From the NCBI GenBank assembly GCA_017499595.2, contig CM039008.1:1302001-1366000 (forward strand): a stretch of 64,000 nt of DNA, given 5' to 3'. Of this stretch, positions 12,930 to 26,898 are shown one piece after another (position 1 is the first letter of the stretch; each line of letters starts with the position of its first letter). Under the pieces are notes generated by a model. The model ran no database searches and had not been told where the DNA came from. It saw only the letters and a program-made list of their open reading frames with translations. This stretch comes from Psilocybe cubensis (Eukaryota). Both the position numbers and the translations under genes were made by a program.

Positions 12930-13479
12930 ATGGTTAATGTTAAAGTCGCCGCCATCGGTACCGTTCTTGCGCTTGCGCACGGCGCCACAGCGGTCTGCAG
13001 TGGCTTCAACTTCGCCATCGGTAATGTTCAACGCCTGGATGCCAGGACCAACAGATGTAAGTACTACTTACCCTCAATTTTGGCTCGACTCCCTAGAACA
13101 CGACGTTGATCTGAGTTGATTATAGGGTTCGTCTACAATACCGACTGCAAGCAGGTCGATGGGTTAACTATCTCCTCATCCGACAACCCTTGTAACCACG
13201 GAATCTTTGGCTGCTCTCCCCCTCCCATCTTGTTCAACCAGTACACCAACTCCTTCAGTGGTCTGAGGTAACGACTTTATAATTATATGCCCTCTTTGAT
13301 TAGATTGCCTAATGCATGGCCCCTGACAGGTATGCTTGCCGCCAAGATAAGAGCTCTGGAAAGTGTGGAAATGATATTATTTCCGTCTGCGTAAGTCTTA
13401 GACGTTTTGCTTATAGGCTTTAGAGCTGCTCAGAAGTACTGACTATTTTTTGTAACAGTGCCGAAACGATGGAAATTAG
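12930..13479 (+). CDS. Small secreted cysteine-rich protein (116 aa, 8 Cys)
   Basis: Exons 12930-13056, 13126-13267, 13330-13390, 13459-13479 join in frame: MVNVKVAAIGTVLALAHGATAVCSGFNFAIG...CGNDIISVCCRNDGN*; signal peptide; TATAAA at ~12848. Not in ORF track. Confidence 0.88.
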
Positions 13480-14402
13480 AGACAGTTTAAATGACAATGC
13501 ATGATTTCTACACGTACATACGTTGATGATCTGATACGCCGAACTGTTACTTTAAATAGTTGAGCGGCGTGTGAAATTGAGAGATGTCTAATAAATGGCT
13601 GGCTTCTTATATGCCCCCACAGTTCTCTCAGTAGCACAGCTTGAAGCTCGTTGTATCAACGGCACTTCTGTTTACTCCAGATTTTATCCTTTAGAAAATG
13701 AGAACGTCGAGTATGTTTTTCGACCATCCGAGCATCTCTACTTAGATGCTTCATATATTTCTGTAATAGGGCGCGTTATCCCGCACTCTTTGCTTGGCCT
13801 GTGCATTTTTCAGAATTAGCGCTCACAAAAGGTATTCTATAAATAGATTCTAAATTTAGAGTGTACCAAATGAGTCGATGGCAACCACTATTGCGAAACT
13901 GTTTCTCTTGCTCAATACTGTCACTATACTGTGGAGAAATGAATTACTCTAAACGTAGTTAACTGAGATGGCTCCGTGATAATAGCTATAACCGTCAAGC
14001 ACTCCTTCTGATGCTCAACTTTTAAGGCTGGCCCTACGTACAACTAGTTATCTGCGACAGCTTCAACTGTGCCATCGAAAACGTGCAGCATTTAGGTATT
14101 AACATCGACAGATATATAAGTCTGAATCTGACTAAACTCCTGTTAATTTCAGTGTTTTTGACATTTAAACTACTAATACTGTTTGTCTACAATGATGACG
14201 CCAATAGGCTGTACGTTAGTTGTTAGCCTCAAAACGTCAGTCGTTCGCTAAAAATTGGATACATTGTTTAAAGTTAAGCTCGCATGAATACATTAAAACA
14301 ATACTAGATATTATAATTATAAAGTAAATACTGTTCGAATTATACTACCATAGACTGGTGTCCCCTGGGTATACTGTTATTAAATCCAATACTAGAAGAA
14401 TA

Positions 14403-15111
14403 TTAATGATAGCCTTTTGATGCCGGGTCAACGATTTCGACCTTTGTTAAGCCCCATATATATCTCGCAAAAACAATCATGCCGAGTACTGGAACAACAG
14501 TACTGCAGGACCTCCCCAGCATCTGAAATGGCTCTAGCAATGCTCCCAAAAAAAGAATAGCTGCCAGCTGGAGAAGTACCGGCAATATTGTGAGTCCTCG
14601 ACGTATGTTCCATCGATGTAGAGTGGTGGTCCTGGCTTTGAACATGGTGTAAGCTTGCTCCACAGAGGTATGCGTAGATGGTAGAGATAGCTGCAGCCAT
14701 CGAAGGAATGTTGTGCAGAGAATCGTTGTGATTAAACTGAAGAAGAGACTGCATTGTAGTAGATTGTTGACACGTCTGGCTGGTGCCGAGTTGTGGGGGC
14801 ACCCTGAAGCAGCCATTATGATTTGATGGGAGGTTACAGCAAAACACCGAGAAGACATAAGCGAGAATAAAAGAGCCTGGTGTACGGCATAGAGAATGAG
14901 ATCTCGGATATCATATTGGAGATATCGAACGGAAACATACGATTTTGAGTAGACTTCGCAACTCTTTGCACCAGGCGTGGCATTGAAGGTCTGCCTGTGT
15001 CCATGAATGGACCTTTTGTCTCTCCAGAGTAAAGTCATCCTTATTGAAATTCCACCATATACGACTTTCTGCCAGATGGATTGGAAGGGGAAGTTGAGGC
15101 CGCAGCTTCAT
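14403..15111 (-). CDS. DUF6535-like membrane protein (divergent)
   Basis: DLQCHAWCKELRSLLKI|ALLFSL; RVNNLLQCSLFFSLITTILCTTFLRWL; LPVLLQLAAILFLGAL match the family pattern; one intron. Confidence 0.5.
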
Positions 15112-15716
15112 CGACTAGGGGAAGGGCGCGGAGGTGAGGTAGAGGAGAATTTTTGACCATTGACTTTTTCATCTGCCATATGTACGAACAGCGAGGCATA
15201 AGAGAATATTTTAGCAATTTGATTTTTGTTATGGCAGCCATCGACAACCAGCATTTCGACGACATACTAGGGACAACCGAGGACCTTTTTATATAATGTG
15301 TGCCTGTGCATGGATTCCACGTCTAATTGTGCCTGTCATTTTTGTAGGCCCGCCCTTCGATCGAGAATCTGCTATGCGGTTGTGCACGGGCCTGGAGGTA
15401 GTAGTATTACGGACGTTCTGAAACAATCTCTTGTCTTGATGTTTAAGTTCTGGTTTCTGATTTGAGCTTCACTTTATTTATTGCCAGTTGTCGGTTATCG
15501 TCAAAATATGAATGGGATTAATGTTGGAGAAACCTGGTTTGGGTATATAATTTGAGCCCAGTGGCAGGTGTGAATGTGATGTAGCGTGGCTCTACTTCAA
15601 CAGATCTAGACGTTCATGAAGTTCAGCCCAGTCACGTGCGTGACTGAACTATATTAAGGTGCCACAGAAATCGGTGACATCATTACTTTTTCTGACATCA
15701 ACCACCACCAGAAACG

Positions 15717-16334
15717 ATGTCTTCCCCTCCTCGTAGGCGCATCTCTCCAGTGAATCCCTCTGGAACTGCAGAAAACTTACCACCGCAACGTGCTCTTAAT
15801 CCCGATAACAAATTTAATCCTCTTCTACGCACTGTTTCTCCGCCTTTATACAACACTCGCCTCAGTAACCTCATCTATCTCTTGGTCGGGCTGACAACTC
15901 TGTTGACAGTCTTCTACGGCTATAGAACCATGCAATACAAGACATCAGTAGGGGGATGGTGGGGTTTGCTCCTCGGGAAGAAACCCCCTGAAATGCAGGC
16001 TTCTGGAACACCGTCATTTGGTGGTTACACAGATGTCAATGCCGATAGTCGAAGCATCGAATCACACATTTTGGCCCTTGCACTGGCATTAGGAATCCCT
16101 TCACAAGAATTAGCCACGGCAATCGCAAGTGCTGTGAGGTCACACGTTCCTCCAGCAAGTTTATCATCAATCAAGGCCCACGAAACTGGGGATGCCGTTA
16201 AACTGTTGCTCCAGGATCCAGCAGCTACAACAGACGGAGGGCATGGTGTATGGGAAGCTGCCTCTACAGCAGCAGGTGTGGTTGACGGAGTTGTAAGCGG
16301 GATGGAGAATTTTGTAGGAATAGACGAACCATAA
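15717..16334 (+). CDS. Hypothetical single-TM protein
   Basis: 205-aa intronless ORF with TM segment LIYLLVGLTTLLTVFYGY followed by VGGWWGLLLG. Confidence 0.7.
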   Translation: MSSPPRRRISPVNPSGTAENLPPQRALNPDNKFNPLLRTVSPPLYNTRLSNLIYLLVGLTTLLTVFYGYRTMQYKTSVGGWWGLLLGKKPPEMQASGTPSFGGYTDVNADSRSIESHILALALALGIPSQELATAIASAVRSHVPPASLSSIKAHETGDAVKLLLQDPAATTDGGHGVWEAASTAAGVVDGVVSGMENFVGIDEP

Positions 16335-16737
16335 ATCTTTACATTGACCACTTTGTGACTTCTTGCTTGAGGAGTTCATCTTTAAGCTTCAAACGTTAGA
16401 TATTAATGTGCCAAAGAGCTTCAAAAGAATAAAATTGAAATTCTTTGTGTCCTTACGATTGTATCTTTTATTGAATCCCGCTTTAACAAAGGCGAACTTT
16501 CCCCCTTACCGGTTGAGTACAGCTCCTAAAGGTTCCTATCGACATACGCTGAGGCTCATGAATAACGTTTTCGGTAGAATGACAATGCCCTGGTGGACCA
16601 GAATGAGCGAAATTACTTCAGCTGTACTGTGATCGACCTAGTACTTAAGGCCTATGGATCCGCTCCTCATGTTTTTGCAAACCAGTTTATCTCAATTGTG
16701 GTTTACAAAATGTAAAAATACATAGAGATGTTCTAAA

Positions 16738-18858
16738 TCACAACTCCCCATGAGTGTCACCAGCCTCCTCGTCATTATCGAGCGGTCCGGCAGCCTCTTT
16801 CTCATTTGAATCCACCGCTATGTTAACCTGAGAATGGAGCTTCATTCCGAGAGGTGGAATGGTGTCTTTCATAAACAACAATAACGCCACCGTCAAGACG
16901 CATACGGCTGCAAATAAAAACCAGAATCCATCCGCACGTCCGACAAAGCTTAACGGCCCACCGTGCGTAATTTGGATGCTTGTTTGAATAGAAGTTACTA
17001 TCGCAATTCCTGCTGCACACCCCACCTGAAGAGAAGAATTGAAAATAGCCGCGACTACCCCAGCAGCCTCTGGCGGGGTTGTAGCAAAAATTGCCACACT
17101 TTTGACGGTATCAATATTGAGGATTCTTATCAAAGCATAGAAACTTACTTGGATGTTACAAACGTAACAAGGACACCAAAGGAGCCAATGAGCGTACCAG
17201 GAAATGCAAGCCTCCAATAGCGCTGCTTTGAATTGGAAAACGGCAACAGAATAGTGCCCGCAATCGTGATGCACTCTCCAACAAACATGACCCACTTGAG
17301 CGGAAATTTCTGCTGTAGGATAGTCACAAGGACGGTTCCGGGAATTCCCACCAGACTCAGTGGCAAGCTATTGAGGTGATTAGACTTGGATATAGTAACT
17401 GCGTCAGAGAACACAATCTGCACTCACAAATGGATAGCACTGATAATAGGTGACCACCCATAGACTTCTTGCCATACCCAACTGTAGAGAGACTGTACAC
17501 ATCCCCACCTTTTTGGCAGTCATTATGTTGCTTGTGAGAGGTTAGGTAACAATGTAGGATCAACAAGACATACCACATATATGGCAACAACGCAGTGGCA
17601 ATAAGTATGCCGAAATTTTGATATTTCCAAGTTTTAGGAGGTCTACAAGTTTGAGTGTAGAATTAGCGCAATTCTCCTCAGCAAAAATAAACGGATATCA
17701 TACACTGCGGCCAAGTATTCCGGCAAGTATGCTTCATATACGAAGAAGACTGCCATAGCCACAACCGAAATCGCTAAAGGAGCGATGACCTTTGCCTGTC
17801 CCCATCCCATACTTGCGCCCGAAGTGACACCAAAGATAAAAAGGATCAAGGATACTGGTTGAAACAATATCTTTCGTGTATGCACTCGATTTTACACAGT
17901 AAAAATCGCACCTGTCACGAGACTGACACCAAAAACATCGAGTCTCCTGAAACGCTTAGCCTTCTCGAGAGCGGAAGACTTGGGTCGCGCTATAGGGGGG
18001 CAAAGAAAAAATACAGCAATGGACTCTAAGATTCCAAGAATTGACATGAAGTAGAACACCCAAGGCCAAGATGCAAATGATGTCAGAAGGGCGCCTATAA
18101 CAAGTCCGAGCACTAGACAATAAATCAGTGAGAGCGTTGAAACCGACAGAACAACAATCTCATTAGGAATGCGATGTACTGACTATTTCCCAATGCACCA
18201 GAAGTTGAAAAACCTCCGATTGCCTTTGATTGTGCTGTCGGTTCTGGGAATAGGTGCACGATCATGTGCATTGCAGACGGCACAGTTAAAGCGGCCCCTA
18301 AGTCAACGGTTCAATAATGCGTGACGGCTATAAGGTTAGATCACGCGCACCAACTCCCATCAATGCGCGAAGAACAAGAAGCGGAATCTCAGAACGCACG
18401 AACCCTCCTCCCAATGAGAAACATCCAAATGAAACGCCTCCAACAATGAAGACCCATTCTAAGCAACATCAGTTATTATGGTTATTTATGAGTGTAAGTA
18501 AATCAAATTTTTGGCATTTACTAGGACTGTATAGATCACTCAGGCGACCACTCTGCAGTATTATCGATTCAGCAAGAGAATTGTCGGTGATCAGACAATG
18601 ACCACTCACGACGAGCAAAAGTGCAGCGAATGTGAGTTGATAACCACTTTGCAACCACACAGAGTCAGCGTTAGATATTCCTAATTGTGCACAAATTGGT
18701 GGGATTGCTGAAAAAAGTGCCGAGTTGGAAAATGTGTCGAGGAACTCCGCTATGCAAACCACTACCAACAGTGAGACTTTTCGAGTGGTGGTTAAGGATG
18801 CCAAAATCCCGTCAGATCTGGTTAATTCAGCGATATCAAGCTTGCCGTCGAGAGCCAT
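16738..18858 (-). CDS. MFS transporter, DHA2-like drug/toxin efflux
   Basis: AEFLDTFSNSALF, WLQSGYQLTFAALLLVSGRLSDLYSP, LRALMGVGAALTVPSA, SWPWVFYF, AAGVVAAIFNSSLQVG; multiple GT-AG introns join in frame. Confidence 0.92.
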
Positions 18859-21800
18859 GTTAGTGAGTGAAGAGAGGTTATGTGAGAACAGATGATTGCA
18901 CGCTGTTCAACGCTATTAAAGCTTACCCATAGTATAAGCACACTGTTCTGATTTAATACATGATATTCATGCCTTCCCGTGTGTGATACATTGCTCATCA
19001 ATTGATCTTAGCTCCTAGTCTGCTGATATTTTCAAGATATTTTAGCCTGTATCATTCTAATTCTCAGTCATCGGGGAGAGATACACTCAACAGAGGTAAA
19101 TCGTTCGCAATCGGGGAGCCGGAAATTTGGTCAGAGCGTTACATGTGCTTACATAGTCCGAACCAAAGACCCTAAATTTGAAGAACGATTAATTTGCTAT
19201 GCCAGTACCTGGCATGCTGAATCCTGCCGCATCACAAACGTCGGCACTTACTGGTAAGTTCCCGCGGGGTGACGATCAAAATACTGGTGGGCTGGTGGAT
19301 CTCTATAATTGATTCTGACTCGGAGTTTCGCTAATTATGACCACCGTTCCCACTTGTAACTTGCGGGCCACAACGAGGGTAGTATGGGCATATATAAGGT
19401 TCCTGTTATCTCTACTACTTAGACCAGTTGCTTTGGCTAATATCTAATCACCTCCCCCTTCTGGATCTCATGCTATGGTTTGACTTTGGTAGTTTATATG
19501 TAAGCAGTTTCTGTACACAAATTTAATGCAGGTACCAACCAACTGTCCTGTAGAGTCAAGAACATTTTAAAAGTGTGAGGCTATTAAATCAGATTAAATC
19601 ACTCATTACAATCAAGCTGATTCGCGCCGGCCAAAAGCGCAGGGATCTTACTGGACAGTCTCCCTCTAGACGGGCCCTTAGGGAGGATTCGCAACTTCTT
19701 TGCTTCGATTATACTTTGTGGATAAAACATGATACTTAAGAGTGTTGGAGACATGACTGATCCATCGCGATTAAAGAGGTTCTGTTGAATTTGGCAGGAT
19801 GATTCCAATTTAACTTGATCTATGACATTATAGCATGTACTACCTGGGGTCTTCACAGATTTCTTTCGTTCGGCCGTGATATCAATGGCAAAACGGTATC
19901 GCGCAGGCAAACTTATCATCCAGAATGCACCTCAATACCCGTGTGAGTGATCTCTTGCATTGTTCTACTGTGCCGCATAACTAAACCCTTAGGTCTTAAC
20001 GTTTTAACTCTTATGTCATAGTACATAGGAATATATGAGAATCCTTTTACGCCACTCTTCCAGGCACAACTCATAAGAAGTTAATGGTGCAAATTTGAAC
20101 GCTTCTTTTGCTAGTACACATGGCAATACTTACAATTGTTTTGATGGTTTAAGAGATTGTAAAGGCTGTGGACCTGGACTGCATAGTTCACCTCAGTTCA
20201 TCTGTGGTAAGTACTAGAGAACCAGAGTACCATTGCGCATGTTGCTCACAGTTCGTTTGATGGAAGAATGACATGGATTTAAATCTGGACTGCGATGTCA
20301 CCCTGCTTCCCTTGTAGTAGGATGCAAATAGATCTACAGTGCCATTTCACATGTTCAGTCATTTGATCAGGTAGAAGAGACTGAGACGGCTTTAAACCTG
20401 GGCTGCGGTGTCACCTCACATCACCTACTAGGGCCAATATTAATCGAGGCTCCAGATGTTCGGGAGGGCTCTGACCAGATCTTCTGTGAGTCTCGTATTC
20501 TAGATAAGGCAGGTACTGCCCTATGAGTGTAGATATTGCAAAGAGTTTGGATCAAAACCGATAGCTAGCCACCGGCAACCCGCTGATGCCGTTATTTGCA
20601 CATTATTGTGTCGTATTTGGACGGCAAATCGGACCTCTAAATGGGGCTTCAAAAAAGTAGTTGCTCAAAGTTAGCCAGTAATAGCTGAATACGAGCATAC
20701 CGAGCGGAGCCCGAAGCAGTTCCCACTTTGATCTTTGCTCAGCGGGACTAGGGACTAGGATGAAACTGAGTCGAGGTTATCATAGCAATAGCCTTACCGA
20801 TGTTCAGAGCACGAACCTTGAAAAACCGAATATCCAATATCTATGTCATAATAGTACACGCTTGGTCGGCAATCGATAATTTGGGAAGTCCGTTAGCTTT
20901 GGGGAAACACAGAAGTATATTTCAGGTTACTGTATTCTAGTCACCCTTTCATCAGGGTTCAAGAAAACTTCCGTGAGTCCCGGTTTTCCGTTCTCGGCCA
21001 CAAACTCGGACTTCAAAATTGTCAGATCGTCTAATTCCATAATGTCTCCCTTTCGTTCCCGAGGCCATGATTTTACTAGACATTTTCATCGACCCTGTAG
21101 AAATTGCAATTTCTCTAGGCTTCTATACATATTTAAATAAATAATAATCTCGGATTTAGGTCTTTCCTTACTCCGGCAAACCATGATCGGAGTTAAAAAT
21201 TAATTGTGAGAACAAAAACTTCACCAAATATATAGTCACCGTGTGTTAGAACGTATATTACACTAACTGCGAGAGCATAGGGAAACCAAAGAAGAAACAC
21301 GTTGACACGGGTGAGAAGAAACATCAGAACGAAGCAAGAAATGGGATGCTATTGTCGCCAATATCGAGGGAGAAGTAAGTACCGTTTTACTGCTTCACCC
21401 TCAAATCCTGTGCATACAGGGCGTCAATTTCGTCTTGATCATTTATGAATCTTGATTAGCCTGAAATGCATAAAACTGTGTTCAGATTCGTTTGTGCAGC
21501 TTACGTTTTGAGAAATATATGCGTATGACGGAAAGGTTCTATTGATCTTTCGTAAAGCCTGCAAGCCTTCGATGTTAATGCGCAAAAGAAATGAGCATTT
21601 TTTGAATATATTAAAATCCTTGCTGTCTTTAAGATCGCATACAAATTCTTTTTCTCGCCATTGTAGTTGATTGTATTCAAGGACAAGAAATCGTGCAAAT
21701 CACGCAGTAGCCATAAAGCTGCGTAGTTTGTTTACTCTAGAAAGTTGTGTCCAGTTGAAGACTGGGGAGTCAAAAACACATCATTTAAGACTGAGAAGGT

Positions 21801-21865
21801 GGTAAACAATCTTGAGATTAGTTATGGTTTCAAATCCGTAAACACTAACTTTTGCCTACTATGTT

Positions 21866-23841
21866 TTAATCCACTTTGTCAAACTCTATCAAGCACATCT
21901 CAGCGAGATCAAAGATTTTCAAACCACGAAGGCCAGCCTTCTCCCTGCAAAAAGCGCTGTAAACAAGTCGGAACATGTATATGGGATGATGATACGCACC
22001 CTAGGGCAATCATCTCACCCACAGTTCTTTCCTTTGTGTTGTAGCACATCATCATCGTTAAATCCTGATGATATAATCTGATTTTCCCAACACCATAGTT
22101 CGGGAGCATAGGTTCAGGCGCCTATGATGTAATTCAAATAATGACGTAACGGTGCTGGGAAGTCGACTTACAACGTCCATACCTTCTGAATATGTCCCTT
22201 TGGTTGAGGACATATGATGAAGTACGTGGTCATCTGAATTTAGAGTCACACATGCTTCCCGTAGGTGGTTTATATCGTCCCACTCACGGATGAGAGCTCG
22301 GCTTCCGGGACCCATGGCTTCACGAACGGATTTGAGAATTAATATAGCTTGCTCGTCACTCCCTGTGTGTAGGATGATTAGCTGTTTTGTGAGATGTATG
22401 TGCCAGTGGTACTTGCAATTATGGAGAATATTGCGCAGCTAGTAGATTATCATGAATTAGTGAACTGCTTTACAGATGGAAAGAAAGTCATATGTTGCTC
22501 ACATAATAGATATCACAGTTTGGAACAGGAATATGCAAGAAAAAATCCCCTTCAACGAAGGTGACTTGACCAGAAAAATCATCTTTCCATTGCTGAGTCG
22601 TTTATAGAGTCAGATCTAGATTCCCATATGATTCCTGTGCACCTGAGATGCCCACCTTTTTTGCCAACTCCAGGGTTTGAGGTAGGTCAAACTGAGTAAC
22701 ATGAATCATGGGATACATTTCTAAGAGTGAACGCGAAAACCCGCCCATTCCTGAACCCACATCGCAAACTGATTTTACAGTACTCCACGAATACGCTAGA
22801 GCATTGTATGTCAGCTGGTACTAGAAGCGTATATGATTAGATTCACCATGCAGGGCGCTCAGCGATCCTATGACTAAATTCATTCCAATCATGGCTTTCA
22901 TCATGACCTACAAGCGCTCATTAGCGATAACCTGGATGTCGCAATGTAAAATTACTTGACGCCTCTCCTTCTGTTCCTACATGTCGAAAGCATTTGATTT
23001 ATACAAATTCCTTTCGGGTTTAATAGCGAGAATGACGCACGCTTGATTGAAGCCACTCGTAAAATGTAAGTCCTTTTGGCATAACGTCCTTGTTTCTGTA
23101 CTGAAAAACTGCTTTGGATATATCGAGGGAATACCCATATTCCGGATCGACAACATAGTCGGAAAGAGCCAGTGCAGATCTCTGACCCTCTTCGGTGACG
23201 AGGTTGACCAAGGCTGATACTGAATGATCGGAAACAAGGTTCATTGACAACCGATTATTTGCAAAACTATTGGGCAAAACTGAAAAACAAATGACCAATG
23301 TTAAAAAGTACGTCTATACGTATTAACACTCATACCTTCGCGGAAGCAATGTCTGGCAGCCAGAACTCGGAGAATTGAGGCTAATTTCATAGGATGGACA
23401 TTGACCTTCTTAGACAACTCGTCAACGTGCAGACCGTCAGGATGCTGCGCAAGTTCATCTGCAATTTTTTGCCGAACAGAGACCCGAAGGCACGCCCATC
23501 CGAAATCCTGAGCCCTCTATCGTAATCCAGTAAGAAAAATTATTTATCAGTTCGGAATTATTACAACGTACATTCATAACGGTGTGTGAGGGAGGGGCCA
23601 AGATTGTGCACAGCTGATCACAAGCACCCTCGAGTTTACTGATTATTTTCTTTAGCCTGAGTTTGTCGTCGGCGACGTCAAGAGGATGGGGCTCAAGCGA
23701 GTCCAGATTTGGCGCTGGTGTCCCATACGTTTCGTATTCGTCAAGGGCGTTGTATGCAGCTTCCTTAATAATAGCAAGGAGGGAATCGACTTGATCACGA
23801 GAAGACATTTCTGAAAAGTGTTGACGTTGAGCGCCATTCAT
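21866..23841 (-). CDS. SAM-dependent O-methyltransferase (fungal type 2, N-terminal helical/dimerisation region)
   Basis: VCDVGSGMGG SAM motif, QFDLP, FVEGDFF, LRNILHNW (via GC-AG intron), ERTVGE, C-terminus AGLRGLKIFDLAEMCLIEF. Confidence 0.92.
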
Positions 23842-24863
23842 ATTAGCAACGAAAGCTACCTGTGGCGCGCTCACACCAAGTCCAAGTTACTGTTATTATT
23901 AGGGAAAAGAAGGGTACGCATTTATGATAGGACTAGTTTGTATTTCCCATGCATTTCTGATGATCAGTGAAACATCTCTTTGCGACACCATGGTTAGGTT
24001 TGAGGAAGACGCCTACAGTTCCTACGCTCGTGGGTGGCACTCAGACCCCTGTCTCTCACGGTGTAAAATTTTGATTAAAGTTGATTCTTCCACCTTAAAA
24101 AAGATGATGAATACACACATATAAATCGATTGGGGTTCCAAGAATGCCGCATTTCTAACAGTCTTATACAGTTTCAAGATACAAACATAGTATATCTGTA
24201 ACATATCACTGGTTACTCGATAACATGAGGACCGCCCTGGGCGGCACACATGTACTGCAATAGCACTAGATCCAGCCCGCTTCGGCAGTTCGGCAATGTG
24301 TCACGTTGGCCGAATATTTGTTAATGTTTGATTGGGTCACATTTTGCGACTTACATGTCAATCCACAGAACACCGCAATGTCTGGTTTGAAAAGAGACGC
24401 CGATCAATTCGTAGATTCTGATTATCAATAGTTTGCTATCTTTCCCACCACACAGACCTTTGATATTTCACAAGCTTGCAGACATTGATAACAATTTTAG
24501 ACATAGCGCAAGGAGTCATGACAATCAAGTTGGAACAGGCTGTCCACAATTCGAAAGCCGCCAATGGCAGTTGTCCCCCACAAAGGTATGATAGCTTATA
24601 AGTTCAAGGCCATCAAGTTCAAATCTCTTTCATCAGGGTATATTAAGGTATGAGATCTTGAAACTGCATGATACCCACTATTCTTGATTTTGGAACAAGC
24701 AGAAACACTGTTATGTGTCGGATTCATGTGTGCAGAAATAAATTTTATTGTGGTTCTCGTTGCCGTAGAAGTCGAAAAGCTTAGATTTAACTCACTACGT
24801 CGGGTTATAAAATGGAAACTTGTCGGGGTGTCCATCTAAACGCCCAACAAGTAGAAATCGAGC

Positions 24864-26898
24864 ATGGGTAACCCAATTGCTTCGACATTTGGTGTCTGGC
24901 TCACAATCATTTGGTTACAGGCACTGTATGCGCCTATTTCTTTACACTAATACACGCACTAACTCATATAACAGTCTTCAAGGATGTGGAATGCTACAAG
25001 TTTGGCTATACTTTCATTGGTATAAAAAGGATCATTGGGGAATAAAAGCTATGGTCAGCTAATTACATATATTCATTACTATTGTCTACGTACTAAAGCG
25101 GCGATATGGTAAAATACAGGTCATCGCACTTCTGTGAGCACATTACTCTACAATCAACCTCCAAGTTCAATAAATGCTAACTTCTACAAAATGGCAGCCT
25201 TTTGGAAACTTTCCAGATTGTGACATTTTTTGTCGCTACTTACTTTTATCTTATCAACGGGTTTGGAGATTCTCTGGGTCTTCTCATAATCCATTGGCAA
25301 GTAACTTCTTATATATATCCACCAGAAATGGCATTGACTATTGTAATTGTTTCATTAGGCAAGATTCGGTAGTGTTTCTTTGTATCTATATTGACTGGTA
25401 AGTGAAAGCCGCTAACATCTCCTCATTGACAGGCTCAGATATTTGCGACGGTATTTAATCCCAGTACTTTCTCACGAATATGGATACTGATAAGACATAT
25501 ATTATCTAGTTTCTATCCGCATTTATTGTGCAAATGTACGTCATAATTCCATTATTCAAGTTACTAATGGTTTTAACAAATGAATACACAGATATTTTGG
25601 ATACTGCATTTATGTCTGTAAGTTTCCCATTTTCTTTTGTAGTAATACTTGATGCCTATAATGTGATAGTGGACAAGACGAGAATCATTATTCCCGCCAT
25701 CATTGTGAGTTGACGACATGGTTATCAGCAAAGCTCAAATGGGTCTGATACCAGACTTTAGGTCATACTTGCCTTGACACAAATTGGTACGTGACAATTC
25801 TTTACTACTAGTATGACCTATTTATCTACTCAATACTGATGATTTGACTACCCAAGGATCCGGTGTGGGTAAGAGTCTTTGTTCAAAAGTCTGCCAACGT
25901 TTATAATAATCTGAATCTGAATTTCTGCAGCACAAACTGTATTGACGTACGGCTCTCTTCTTGATTTTTGGAATTTACTCTGATATGTTGTATAGGCTTC
26001 GCATAAGCTCCTTCAAAGATTTGAGTAGCACCAAGGTCAGTAGACAGTGGAAAGAATTATTTAAAATATTTGCTGAACATTGATTGCAGCCTGTGTCGAC
26101 GTTACAAGCGGCTGCCGCTCTACTTTGCGATATTGTCATTACTGCAGCACTGGTGGTCACTCTTGCCAACCGCAAAGGCACCATTAAGACGTATGTTCTT
26201 ACTCATTTTTAACGGACCAGGACTTACTTTATTCAACTGCCTCATCCACAATGAAGCACCAATAATATATTGACTACCTTAATGATCAATGCTGTTAATC
26301 GCGGATTGCTGACCGCGATCTGTGCATTGTTGAACTTGGTTTTGGTGAGTTTGACATTACTTTGACACAAGAAAATGCGACTAGTCTAAGCTAGTGCATC
26401 TAGTTCATTGTATTCCCAGATACATTCTACTTCTTCATTGGCGTAGAGCTAAGTGGAAAATGTTTGTTACGTTATCCGACAAGTCTGGGAATTTCAGTTT
26501 GCTTACCACAGACCACCAGTATATATGAACAGTGCACTGGCAACGTATGTGAACGCTACAAAGTGTAAACATCTGAATCTACTCACTTGAATTCTCAACA
26601 GGCTGAACTCACGTCAACATACAATAAAGAGGTCTCGCGTTCCGGTAACAACAGGAGATTCCTCTACTAGGGACTGGAACTCCATTCCTATGGGTGCCAT
26701 CTCTACTGGTACAGGTTACACTGGTACCCTTCAAGACCCGGAGCATGAGAGTCACGTCCATGTGCTTGTTTCTAAGCAGACCATTGCTGATAATGATCCT
26801 GTGATTACTCTGCCAGTGCTTTCTATAATTATTCTTTCTAAAATTTATTTTAGGAGGAATACAAGGACACGCCAAACTTTGTCGATGGAATGGTGTAG
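24864..26898 (+). CDS. DUF6534-like multi-pass membrane protein (many micro-exons)
   Basis: MGNPIASTFGVWLTIIWLQAL, GMLQVWLYFHWYKKD, FIVQ, CDIVITAAL, NAVNRGLLTA, KLYMNSALATLNSR. Confidence 0.8.

Noticed and set aside
12930-13479. Hydrophobin
   Set aside because: The eight cysteines do not follow the C-CC-C-C-CC-C pattern
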